From Crocosphaera sp. (lineage in GTDB: Bacteria; Cyanobacteriota; Cyanobacteriia; Cyanobacteriales; Microcystaceae), in assembly GCF_030064895.1 (NCBI RefSeq), contig NZ_JASJEB010000061.1, positions 9,084 to 41,083 on the forward strand: 32,000 nucleotides of DNA. Reading direction: 5' to 3'. Below are positions 24,911-32,000 of the stretch, piece after piece. Within the stretch, counting starts at the first letter, position 1. Each line of letters starts with the position of its first letter. The notes beneath the pieces are model-generated. The model made no database searches and was not told where the DNA came from. It saw only the letters and a program-made list of their open reading frames with translations. Position numbers and translations under genes: made by a program.

Positions 24911-26233
24911 TTAAATAATAAAAGTAATCTCTAAATTCCATTCCGATTTTGAAGTTTGTTCGATATAAATCTGACGGATAAATTCTCGAAAATAAAACCG
25001 TCTTTCTGCTTCTGATAAATCTTGCCAAAATCTGGGTAAGGAAACAGCTTCGGCAATGTTTTTTAAGTTTTCTGGGGGAAGTTGTTCTAGTTTAGAGCTT
25101 AATTTACTAATTTCTATGTTTAAATTATAGCGTCTAATTTGTGCTGTTTGTTCATCAAGGATATTTGATTGAACTAAAGACGATAATTGATTAATAATAT
25201 CTTGTTTTTCGGTAATTTGCTCTTGAATATTAGTTTTATAAGCTTCTATTTGTTTAGGATCAAATTTTTTTACTTTGTTGGGAAAATGATCACAAATATA
25301 CTCAATAGTTTTTGTTAAAACTTGTTGATAGGCAATGGCTTTACATTGGGGTTTTAAAGGACATTTTTGAGGACGAATATAGAGATATTCTTTTTTTTTG
25401 TTTCTTTGTGTTACCTGATTAATTATCATTGAATTATGACATTTTTGACAACTTACTAAACCTACTAAAGAATATTTTGCACTGGCAGTTTTTGAGGATA
25501 ATTTTCTATTTCTACCTAATAAACGATCAATTTGTGCTGCTTCTTCCCGTGAAATAATGGGTAAATGAGTGTTAGAAATAATTTCGTTATTTTTATATCT
25601 TAAATCTCCTCGATAAACTGGATTTTTTAACCAGCGACTTCCCGTAGAAACAGAAATTTTTTTACCGTATCTTTTGGCTAAATAATTAACTGCACCTCTT
25701 AAGGAACCAAATAATAAAAATTGCTCAAAAAAGTCTTTAATAATAGGGGAGGTACTACGATCTATAAGATAAGATTCTTTTCCTCTACGGTATCCATAAG
25801 GTGCTTTTCCTGGAGGTGGTAATGCTTTAATTCTTCTTAAAGCTTGTCCTTTTTCAAGTGATACATCTCTTTTATTTTTACTGATATTTTCTAATAGTTT
25901 AGGATCATTGATATCAATTTCTATTGTGTTTTCTAAGCATCCTAATTCGTCTATATTTTTGAATTTATGATGATCTAAAACAATAATTTTAATTCCTAAT
26001 TTTGTTAAATTCTGATAATTACTCTTGACACTTTCACTGGTATTTCCTAGCTCTTCAATGCGACGAATTAACAAATAATTTGGAGTGATTTGTTCACAAT
26101 CTTTAAGTAGTTTTTCTAATTCATTTCTGCCTCCTATATCATGATAAAGTCGCTCTATTTTAAAGTGATTAATAGATACTTCTAAATCAGATTTTAGTAA
26201 AGGTTCACTATAAAAATAGGCAAAAATTATCAT
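24911..26233 (-). CDS. Large-serine-recombinase-like protein (resolvase N-domain, recombinase domain, zinc ribbon, coiled coil) with non-canonical catalytic motifs
   Basis: 440 aa. The recombinase domain is PPPGKAPYGYRRGKE...LRGAVNYLAKRYGKKISVSTGSRWLKNPVYRGDL. The Zn-ribbon is CQKCHNSM...CPLKPQC. A C-terminal coiled coil is present. The N-domain reads FAYFYSEPLL and LLIRRIEELGN where canonical enzymes have YxRVS(T/S)xxQ and DRLGR. Confidence 0.7.
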   Translation of the reverse strand: MIIFAYFYSEPLLKSDLEVSINHFKIERLYHDIGGRNELEKLLKDCEQITPNYLLIRRIEELGNTSESVKSNYQNLTKLGIKIIVLDHHKFKNIDELGCLENTIEIDINDPKLLENISKNKRDVSLEKGQALRRIKALPPPGKAPYGYRRGKESYLIDRSTSPIIKDFFEQFLLFGSLRGAVNYLAKRYGKKISVSTGSRWLKNPVYRGDLRYKNNEIISNTHLPIISREEAAQIDRLLGRNRKLSSKTASAKYSLVGLVSCQKCHNSMIINQVTQRNKKKEYLYIRPQKCPLKPQCKAIAYQQVLTKTIEYICDHFPNKVKKFDPKQIEAYKTNIQEQITEKQDIINQLSSLVQSNILDEQTAQIRRYNLNIEISKLSSKLEQLPPENLKNIAEAVSLPRFWQDLSEAERRFYFREFIRQIYIEQTSKSEWNLEITFII

Positions 26234-26259
26234 GGAAGAAACTTTTATTTTGAAGCAAT

Positions 26260-27240
26260 TTAAGAAAAAATAATTTGCGAACCTGGGGCATTAATTTTAA
26301 CAGAAAGTACCTGATGATTAGCAAACGCTTTTGCTAGTTTAGGATGTACTTCTGGGGGTGCAAAAAATAGCATAAAACCCCCTGCACCAGCACCTAATAG
26401 TTTACCACCCCAAGCACCTGCTTCTTGTCCTAGTTGATACATATTATCAATTTCTGGATTAGAAATGACCGTATCTAGACTTCTTTTCGCTACCCAAGCT
26501 TTATCTAATAGTTCACCAAAAGCACATAAAGATTGATTACTTGTTAAAATATTCCAACCTTGATCCACCATTTTTCTCATTTCTTTGAGGGTTTCGGTAT
26601 TATCAGCAACCCGTTTTAATTGCTTTTCAACAACTTTAGCAGCACGCCTTTTAATTCCTGTGAAAACAATAAAAATATGGGACTCAAATTCTGCTAATCT
26701 TTGGGGAGAAATAGCAACACGGTTAACAATAATATCTTCTTCTGTTCTAAATTCAACTAAGTTGAATCCTCCCATTGCTGACATTAGTTGATCTTGACAT
26801 CCAACTCGATCATTAACTAGATGACGTTCGACATAAATAGCTTCATAAGCTAAGTCTAAGGGTTTAATAAATTCTCCTTTAAAACTATGTAATGCCTGTA
26901 ATACTGATACAGTAAAAGCCGAGGATGAACCTAACCCTGTAAATGCTGGTAAGTCGGCTACATTATGCAGTTCTATATCTTTATCTAAACCGCAAAATTT
27001 TAAACACTCACGATATACTTTATGTTCAATATCTTCAACTGTTTTGACTAACTCAACTTTACGGTAAGAAACTCGAATTAAATAGTCAAATAAATGACTA
27101 GGAAAAGGACTAGCTGTAACATAAGAAAATTTATCAATTGCTGTAGCTAAAACAGCCCCTCCATGTTGTAAAAAATACTCTGGATAGTCTGTTCCGCCTC
27201 CAAAAAAACTAATCCTAACTGGCGCACGTGAAATTAACAT
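26260..27240 (-). CDS. GHMP-family sugar kinase (COG2605 / D-glycero-D-manno-heptose 7-phosphate kinase HddA-like)
   Basis: 326 aa. RAPVRISFFGGGTDYPEY at the N-terminus and the GHMP motif PAFTGLGSSSAF are present. The C-terminal GGKLLGAGAGGFMLFF is also present. Confidence 0.75.
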   Translation of the reverse strand: MLISRAPVRISFFGGGTDYPEYFLQHGGAVLATAIDKFSYVTASPFPSHLFDYLIRVSYRKVELVKTVEDIEHKVYRECLKFCGLDKDIELHNVADLPAFTGLGSSSAFTVSVLQALHSFKGEFIKPLDLAYEAIYVERHLVNDRVGCQDQLMSAMGGFNLVEFRTEEDIIVNRVAISPQRLAEFESHIFIVFTGIKRRAAKVVEKQLKRVADNTETLKEMRKMVDQGWNILTSNQSLCAFGELLDKAWVAKRSLDTVISNPEIDNMYQLGQEAGAWGGKLLGAGAGGFMLFFAPPEVHPKLAKAFANHQVLSVKINAPGSQIIFS

Positions 27241-27968
27241 TGTTCTAACAAATTTGTAAAGTTTTCTTTGATAAATGTTTCAGCTTGTGGTAAGGTTTCT
27301 GGAGTTCCAATATCTAGGAATGGTGCCTCAACAGGATGCACTTTAATTTTGATATTTTTGTTGAGCAAAGTAGGAAAAACATCGTATTCAAAACTCAAGG
27401 GAAAGTGTGAAGGAAACTGTTCTAAAATTTCATGGCGAAATAAATAAACCCCTCCATTAATAACACCTTTACCAGCCCTTTTTTCAGCAAAGTTTATCAG
27501 AGTATTTGACTGATCAAAAACTAAAGAACCATAACGAGAAGCATCATCAACTGACACCCCTAAAATGACGCATCCAACTTCTTGATCGTCTAAATAATTA
27601 ACTAATTGCTCAAAATTGGCTACAATTAAAGAGTCCCCATTCATCACTAACCATGCTTTGGGAGATAACTTAACTTGTTGCACTGCATTGATAAACCCTC
27701 CTGCTGTTCCTAATGGTTCATTTTCACGGCAACAATCCATGTCTATCCCCTTGACTTGATGGGTTTTGAAATGTTCCTCAATCACTTCTCCTAAATGGCC
27801 AGTTGAAATGATTTGTTGGGTAATTCCTTGTTGTTTAAGATAACAAATTATCCATTCTAGAAAAGGTTTATTGACTACGGAAGCCATAGGTTTGGGAATA
27901 TTAGGAAGTAGATGTTTAACTCTAGTTCCATATCCTCCTGCTAAGATGACGGCAGCAATGTTATTCAT
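27234..27968 (-). CDS. Sugar-1-phosphate nucleotidyltransferase (HddC / mannose-1-P guanylyltransferase-like)
   Basis: 244 aa. The N-terminal AVILAGGYGTRVKHLLPNIPKPMASV matches the G-x-G-T-R-L signature class. A 7-nt overlap (ATGTTAA) with the downstream kinase gene suggests translational coupling. Confidence 0.75.
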   Translation of the reverse strand: MNNIAAVILAGGYGTRVKHLLPNIPKPMASVVNKPFLEWIICYLKQQGITQQIISTGHLGEVIEEHFKTHQVKGIDMDCCRENEPLGTAGGFINAVQQVKLSPKAWLVMNGDSLIVANFEQLVNYLDDQEVGCVILGVSVDDASRYGSLVFDQSNTLINFAEKRAGKGVINGGVYLFRHEILEQFPSHFPLSFEYDVFPTLLNKNIKIKVHPVEAPFLDIGTPETLPQAETFIKENFTNLLEQC

Positions 27969-28094
27969 AGATATATTTTAGAACAATATGGATGTTTTTA
28001 ATGGATTAAGTGTGATAAAAATATATGTAATCACAGCATAAACACCTACAATTATTGACTGTTGAACAATCATTATTATTGAGTATTTTGTCTT

Positions 28095-28667
28095 ATGTTA
28101 ACTACCCTAAGTGATGCTTTAAAAGAGTGGAATATTGCTGTTAAAGCACTAGAAAAAGGTAACACAATTTTACTGTTACGTAAAGGAGGAATCAAAGAAA
28201 GTTTAGGACAATTTAAAGTTAATCATAATCCTGTGTTATTATACCCTACTTATGAACATCAAAAACCCAATCTCCTAAAATCAGAGTATACTACTTTTGT
28301 TAATTCTGTTACTTCCGGTTGGCATCCTCAAACTATTAATATTAGTAGTTGGGCTAAAATTACTAATATTGTTCAGGTTAAAGATTTTTCAATAATTAAG
28401 CAACTTTATCCTTATCATATCTGGACTGAAAACTTTGTTGAAGAACGATTTAACTGGAAACCAAAACAACCTCTTTTTGTTTTATTATTGCGTGTTTTTT
28501 TGTTACCAAACCCCGTGATTATTCCTTATGACTCAAACTATAGTGGGTGTCGTTCTTGGATTGAACTTAATCAGGATATTTCCTTGTCAGAAAGTTATCC
28601 CGTAATAGAAGATAATAACTATTATCAAACAGTAGCAGAAATCAAGAAAATTATTAGTTCTGCTTAA
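28095..28667 (+). CDS. Conserved hypothetical protein (DUF1802-like)
   Basis: 190 aa. ALKEWNIAVKALEKGNTILLLRKGGIKE matches my recollection of the DUF1802 N-terminal signature. No catalytic motif was recognised. Confidence 0.55.
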   Translation: MLTTLSDALKEWNIAVKALEKGNTILLLRKGGIKESLGQFKVNHNPVLLYPTYEHQKPNLLKSEYTTFVNSVTSGWHPQTINISSWAKITNIVQVKDFSIIKQLYPYHIWTENFVEERFNWKPKQPLFVLLLRVFLLPNPVIIPYDSNYSGCRSWIELNQDISLSESYPVIEDNNYYQTVAEIKKIISSA

Positions 28668-28717
28668 GGTCACTTCTTTGGTAAAATATAATGAGTTAGT
28701 TATTAAAATATTAGAGT

Positions 28718-29404
28718 ATGTATCTATTAATTCCAGCAGCAGGAATGGGTAAACGAATGGGAAGCGATCGCAATAAACTATTGCTAACCCTTTTAGGAAA
28801 ACCTTTATTAAGTTGGACACTTATCGCAGCAGAAAAAGCACAAAAAATTGAGTGGATTGGTATTATCGGACAACCCTATGATTTCCCTGAATTTAAAAAT
28901 ATTTTAGAGACAATTTCTCTTAACAAACCTGTGGAATTAATTACAGGAGGAGAAACCCGTCAACAATCAGTCTATAATGGCTTACAAGCATTACCAAAAA
29001 CAGCAGAAAGTGTGTTAATTCATGATGGGGCTAGATGTTTAGTAACCCCTAATTTATTCGATAAATGTGCAGAAGAAATTGCAAATAGTCAAGGATTAAT
29101 TGCTGCCATTCCCGTCAAAGATACCATTAAAATTGTTAATAGTAAACAATTTATTAAAGATACTCCCAATCGTTCCAATTTATGGGCTGCACAAACCCCC
29201 CAAGGATTTGATGTCAATCTATTAAAAGAATGTCATGAAAAAGGGAAGCAACTAGGTTGGCAAGTCACCGATGATGCAGCTTTATTTGAGAAATGTCAAT
29301 TACCAGTTAAAATTGTACAAGGAGAAGAAACTAATTTGAAAGTAACTACCCCTGTAGATTTAGCGATCGCAGAGTTTATTTTAAAACAAAGACTAACACA
29401 ATAA
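28718..29404 (+). CDS. ispD: 2-C-methyl-D-erythritol 4-phosphate cytidylyltransferase
   Basis: 228 aa. IPAAGMGKRMG....NKLLL, VLIHDGARCLV and TPQGF are canonical IspD motifs. Confidence 0.9.
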   Translation: MYLLIPAAGMGKRMGSDRNKLLLTLLGKPLLSWTLIAAEKAQKIEWIGIIGQPYDFPEFKNILETISLNKPVELITGGETRQQSVYNGLQALPKTAESVLIHDGARCLVTPNLFDKCAEEIANSQGLIAAIPVKDTIKIVNSKQFIKDTPNRSNLWAAQTPQGFDVNLLKECHEKGKQLGWQVTDDAALFEKCQLPVKIVQGEETNLKVTTPVDLAIAEFILKQRLTQ

Positions 29405-29543
29405 ATAATATCAAAATCAGTAGCACAACCTTCCAGGCTGTAATAAATACAATACTTGTGTTAAACTATGGATTACTAAAATAAAAACACTATATATTTT
29501 TGTGTAATTCCACTATTTTTTATTATTGATAAACTCAAAAACT

Positions 29544-30500
29544 ATGAACCAAAATAAACAATTTTTACCTCAAGTTTCTGTCATTGTACCTATCTATAAC
29601 GGAGAAGAAGACTTACCAGATTTAATTAGTTGTATAAAAAATCAAACCTATCCTAAAGATAAAGTAGAATACTTATTAGTGAATAATAATAGTCAAGATA
29701 CTACCTCTAAAATTCTTAATCAAGCAACCCTTGAGGCACAAAAAATAGGCATTAACTTACAAGAATTAAATGAGAATAATATTCAAAGTTCTTATGCTGC
29801 CCGTAATCAAGGAATTCGCCAAGCAAAAGGAGAAATTTTAGCCTTTACCGATGCTGACTGTCGACCATTAAATAATTGGCTCGAAGAATTAGTTAAACCA
29901 TTTGTTGACGAAAAAATAGGAATTGTTGTAGGAGAAATTGACGCATTGCCAGGCAATAGTTTTTTAGAAAAATATGCAGAAAGAAATAGTGTATTATCCC
30001 AAAAATTCTTATTAGAACATCCTTTTTTACCCTACGGACAAACAGCAAACTTAGCAATTAGAAGCACTATTTTCAAAAATATTGGTTTATTTCGTCCCTA
30101 TTTAACCACAGGAGGAGATGCCGATATTTGCTGGAGAATTCAACAACAAACAGACTATAAATTAACCTTTACACCCAATGGAATTATTCGTCATCGCCAT
30201 CGTTCTAACTTTAAAGAATTGAAAAGTCAATGGCAACGTTATGGGCGTTCTAATCTTTATTTACACGAATTATATGGAGTAGATTTAATGCGAGACTTTA
30301 CCACAAAAGAAGCTATTTATCGCTGCGCACGTTGGTTATTAAAAGAAATACCGAGAGATAGTATTAAAATTTTACAAGGTAAAGCAATACCCCTTGATTT
30401 AATAAAAATGCCCATTGATTTATTCAATTTTCATGCTAGAAGTCAAGGACAAAAAACAGCAAAATTATCAGAAAAAGCTAAAGAGATTGACTGGTTATAA
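29544..30500 (+). CDS. Family 2 glycosyltransferase
   Basis: VSVIVPIYNGEEDL, NNNSQD, FTDADC (DxD-type) and the later QWQRYGR segment are present. I prefer ATG 29544 (MNQNKQF...) to TTG 29526. Confidence 0.8.
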   Translation: MNQNKQFLPQVSVIVPIYNGEEDLPDLISCIKNQTYPKDKVEYLLVNNNSQDTTSKILNQATLEAQKIGINLQELNENNIQSSYAARNQGIRQAKGEILAFTDADCRPLNNWLEELVKPFVDEKIGIVVGEIDALPGNSFLEKYAERNSVLSQKFLLEHPFLPYGQTANLAIRSTIFKNIGLFRPYLTTGGDADICWRIQQQTDYKLTFTPNGIIRHRHRSNFKELKSQWQRYGRSNLYLHELYGVDLMRDFTTKEAIYRCARWLLKEIPRDSIKILQGKAIPLDLIKMPIDLFNFHARSQGQKTAKLSEKAKEIDWL

Positions 30501-30562
30501 ATTAATATGACAAGATGACCCTTACAATGAGACAATGGATATAATCCAATTATGAAAAATCC

Positions 30563-31114
30563 ATGTATCAGTCACTAAGAATCCTTGTCCTTACATTAAT
30601 AAGTTTAACCTTAATTAGTTGTTCCACAGGTGTAGCTGGTTTACAAAGCTATATCGATGCTGCTGATGGTTATCAATTTCTTTATCCTAATGGTTGGGTT
30701 GGGGTAGATGTCAAACAGTCTTCTCAAGGGGTTGATGTAATTTTTCGAGATATCATAGAAGAGAGTGAAAACTTAAGCGTTATCGTCAGTGATGTAGACA
30801 AAGAAAAAACATTAACCTCATTAGGAACCCCGACAGAAGTAGGCTATTATTTATTAAAACAAATGAATAATAAGGAAGAAAGTGGCCGCGAAGTAGATTT
30901 AATTAATGCTGAATCACGGGAAGTAGAAGGAAACACTTATTATAATTTAGAATATGAAGTAACTTTACCCAATCAACAAAAACGCCATAATCTTGCTAGT
31001 ATTGCTGTCAGTCGTGGCAAACTTTTTACCTTTAATTTATCCACTGTACAAAAACGTTGGGACAAAGTTAAAGACTTGTTTACAACTTCAGTCAATTCCT
31101 TTTCAGTCTATTAA
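30563..31114 (+). CDS. psbP: PsbP-like lipoprotein (CyanoP)
   Basis: 183 aa. It has a lipoprotein signal with a lipobox-like LISC. YQFLYPNGWV...NLSVIVSDV...YYNLEY is the PsbP-family pattern. Confidence 0.8.
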   Translation: MYQSLRILVLTLISLTLISCSTGVAGLQSYIDAADGYQFLYPNGWVGVDVKQSSQGVDVIFRDIIEESENLSVIVSDVDKEKTLTSLGTPTEVGYYLLKQMNNKEESGREVDLINAESREVEGNTYYNLEYEVTLPNQQKRHNLASIAVSRGKLFTFNLSTVQKRWDKVKDLFTTSVNSFSVY

Positions 31115-31138
31115 TTGTATCTATAGCAGGACAAAAAA

Positions 31139-31732
31139 ATGCAACAATCTCCACCTTTTGTACTTGCTTCCGCTTCCCCTGCACGTCTCAAACTTCTGAG
31201 AACTGTAGGGATAGAACCTATTGTTTGTTCTAGCAATTATGATGAGTCTCAAATAACAGAAACCAATCCCCTGAAATTAGTGCAAATTCTAGCACAATGT
31301 AAAGCAGAAATTGTCGCTCAAAAATACGAAAATTGTTTAGTATTAGGGTGTGATTCTGTGTTAGCTATTGATGGTAAAATTTATGGTAAACCTCACTCTC
31401 CAGAAGAAGCTATCGCCCGTTGGCAAATCATGAGAAATAACTACGGAGAATTGTACACCGGTCACGCATTGTTAGATGGAAAACAACAAAAAACTTTAAT
31501 ATCTTATGGTCTAACAAAAGTTCATTTTGCTGATATCGATAATCAGACAATTGAAGCTTATGTTAACACAGGAGAACCCCTAAAATGTGCTGGAAGTTTT
31601 GCCTTAGAAGGGAAAGGAAGTTTGTTTATTGAAAAAATAGAAGGCTGCCACAGTAATGTTATTGGTTTAAGTTTACCATTGTTAAGAAAAATGTTACAAA
31701 AACTCGATTACTCTATTCAAAGTTTTTGGTAG
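31139..31732 (+). CDS. maf: Maf-like nucleoside-triphosphate pyrophosphatase (septum-formation inhibitor family)
   Basis: 197 aa. [24 protein letters not shown] and AGSFALEG are Maf hallmarks. Confidence 0.85.
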   Translation: MQQSPPFVLASASPARLKLLRTVGIEPIVCSSNYDESQITETNPLKLVQILAQCKAEIVAQKYENCLVLGCDSVLAIDGKIYGKPHSPEEAIARWQIMRNNYGELYTGHALLDGKQQKTLISYGLTKVHFADIDNQTIEAYVNTGEPLKCAGSFALEGKGSLFIEKIEGCHSNVIGLSLPLLRKMLQKLDYSIQSFW

Positions 31733-31815
31733 TCTGGTAGAATTGATATGATTGAAAAATACTTTTTTAACTCAATTGATTCTTATTCCTGTTAACAGCA
31801 AACCTCAGATTAGTC

Positions 31816-32000
31816 ATGAACTTAAGTGAATCTTCTCTTCCTAATAATCCAGAAGAAAAACCAAGTTCACTGGTTGGCCTTCGTCGATTTCTAAAGGTAT
31901 TAGAATACATATTTCTGGATGCTTTTGCAGCAACTGTTATCATTACTTTTGTCGCAAAGAATAAACAACTATTTATTACCCTAGATGCGGTATTTTTAGC
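31816..32000 (+). CDS. Hypothetical membrane protein, 5' part only (runs off the window)
   Basis: ATG at 31816. The frame MNLSESSLPNNPEEKPSSLVGLRRFLKVLEYIFLDAFAATVIITFVAKNKQ... stays open to the window end and includes one hydrophobic segment. Confidence 0.35.
   Translation, partial: MNLSESSLPNNPEEKPSSLVGLRRFLKVLEYIFLDAFAATVIITFVAKNKQLFITLDAVFL

Noticed and set aside
26585-26791. 68-aa ORF antisense to the GHMP kinase gene
   Set aside because: It is embedded antisense and has no motif.
27234-27240. 7-nt overlap between the nucleotidyltransferase and kinase genes as a possible recoding site
   Set aside because: ATGTTAA is an ordinary stop/start overlap giving translational coupling. There is no slippery heptamer or downstream structure.
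20047-28764. 8.7-kb stretch without any perfect HIP1 (GCGATCGC) site, as evidence that the whole block (NACHT, recombinase, heptose genes) is foreign
   Set aside because: There are only nine HIP1 sites in 32 kb, a mean spacing of about 3.5 kb. A gap of this size is not statistically compelling on its own, so it is used only as weak supporting context.
28587-28820. 77-aa minus-strand ORF bridging the DUF1802-like gene end and the ispD start
   Set aside because: It overlaps two well-supported plus-strand genes. Its hydrophobic low-complexity translation is typical of an A+T-rich antisense reading.
30993-31199. 68-aa ORF overlapping the psbP-like 3' end and the maf 5' end
   Set aside because: It is an out-of-frame overlap with two recognisable genes.

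Overview
The window is a cyanobacterial chromosomal segment. It contains nine perfect HIP1 octamers (GCGATCGC), cyanobacteria-specific genes (Ftn2/ZipN, CyanoP, a TxlA-like thioredoxin) and heptamer or nonamer short tandem repeats. I cannot name the species from sequence alone. Most of the window is ordinary housekeeping: rpsU, ftn2/zipN, pdhA, recG, ispD, maf, psbP-like, an mrpD-like gene, an ABC ATPase, a GT2 glycosyltransferase and a GHMP kinase/nucleotidyltransferase pair.

Two accessory patches stand out.

(1) Positions 1-5016 form a defence islet. It has a mntA-hepT (MNT/HEPN) toxin-antitoxin pair with a third gene 5 nt downstream and a small wHTH-like ORF. It also has a two-repeat, one-spacer CRISPR remnant abutting a lone type I-D-like cas3' helicase, and a divergently transcribed RHH+WYL regulator. 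No cas10d, cas7, cas5, cas6 or cas1-2 genes are present.

(2) Positions 20726-26233 hold a 3.7-kb, very A+T-rich gene for a 1239-aa NACHT/STAND NTPase. Its order is N-terminal helical region, REase-like segment, NACHT, pentapeptide repeats, then a WD40-like propeller. The gene is bracketed by a perfect 26-bp inverted repeat. Its upstream region carries a MITE-like insert with a (GAGTTCG)x5.7 tandem repeat. Next to it lies a large-serine-recombinase-like gene whose catalytic motifs look degenerate. I consider this the best candidate for an undescribed, possibly mobile or invertible, antiviral-STAND-type module.

Also unexplained are a tandem pair of paralogous 325-365-aa coiled-coil proteins and several structured intergenic elements. 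These include a 22-bp perfect palindrome, a G-quadruplex-capable 9-mer repeat, GTAGG...CCTAC hairpins and a terminator-like leader hairpin.

All functional calls rest on motif recognition by eye. No database search was possible.
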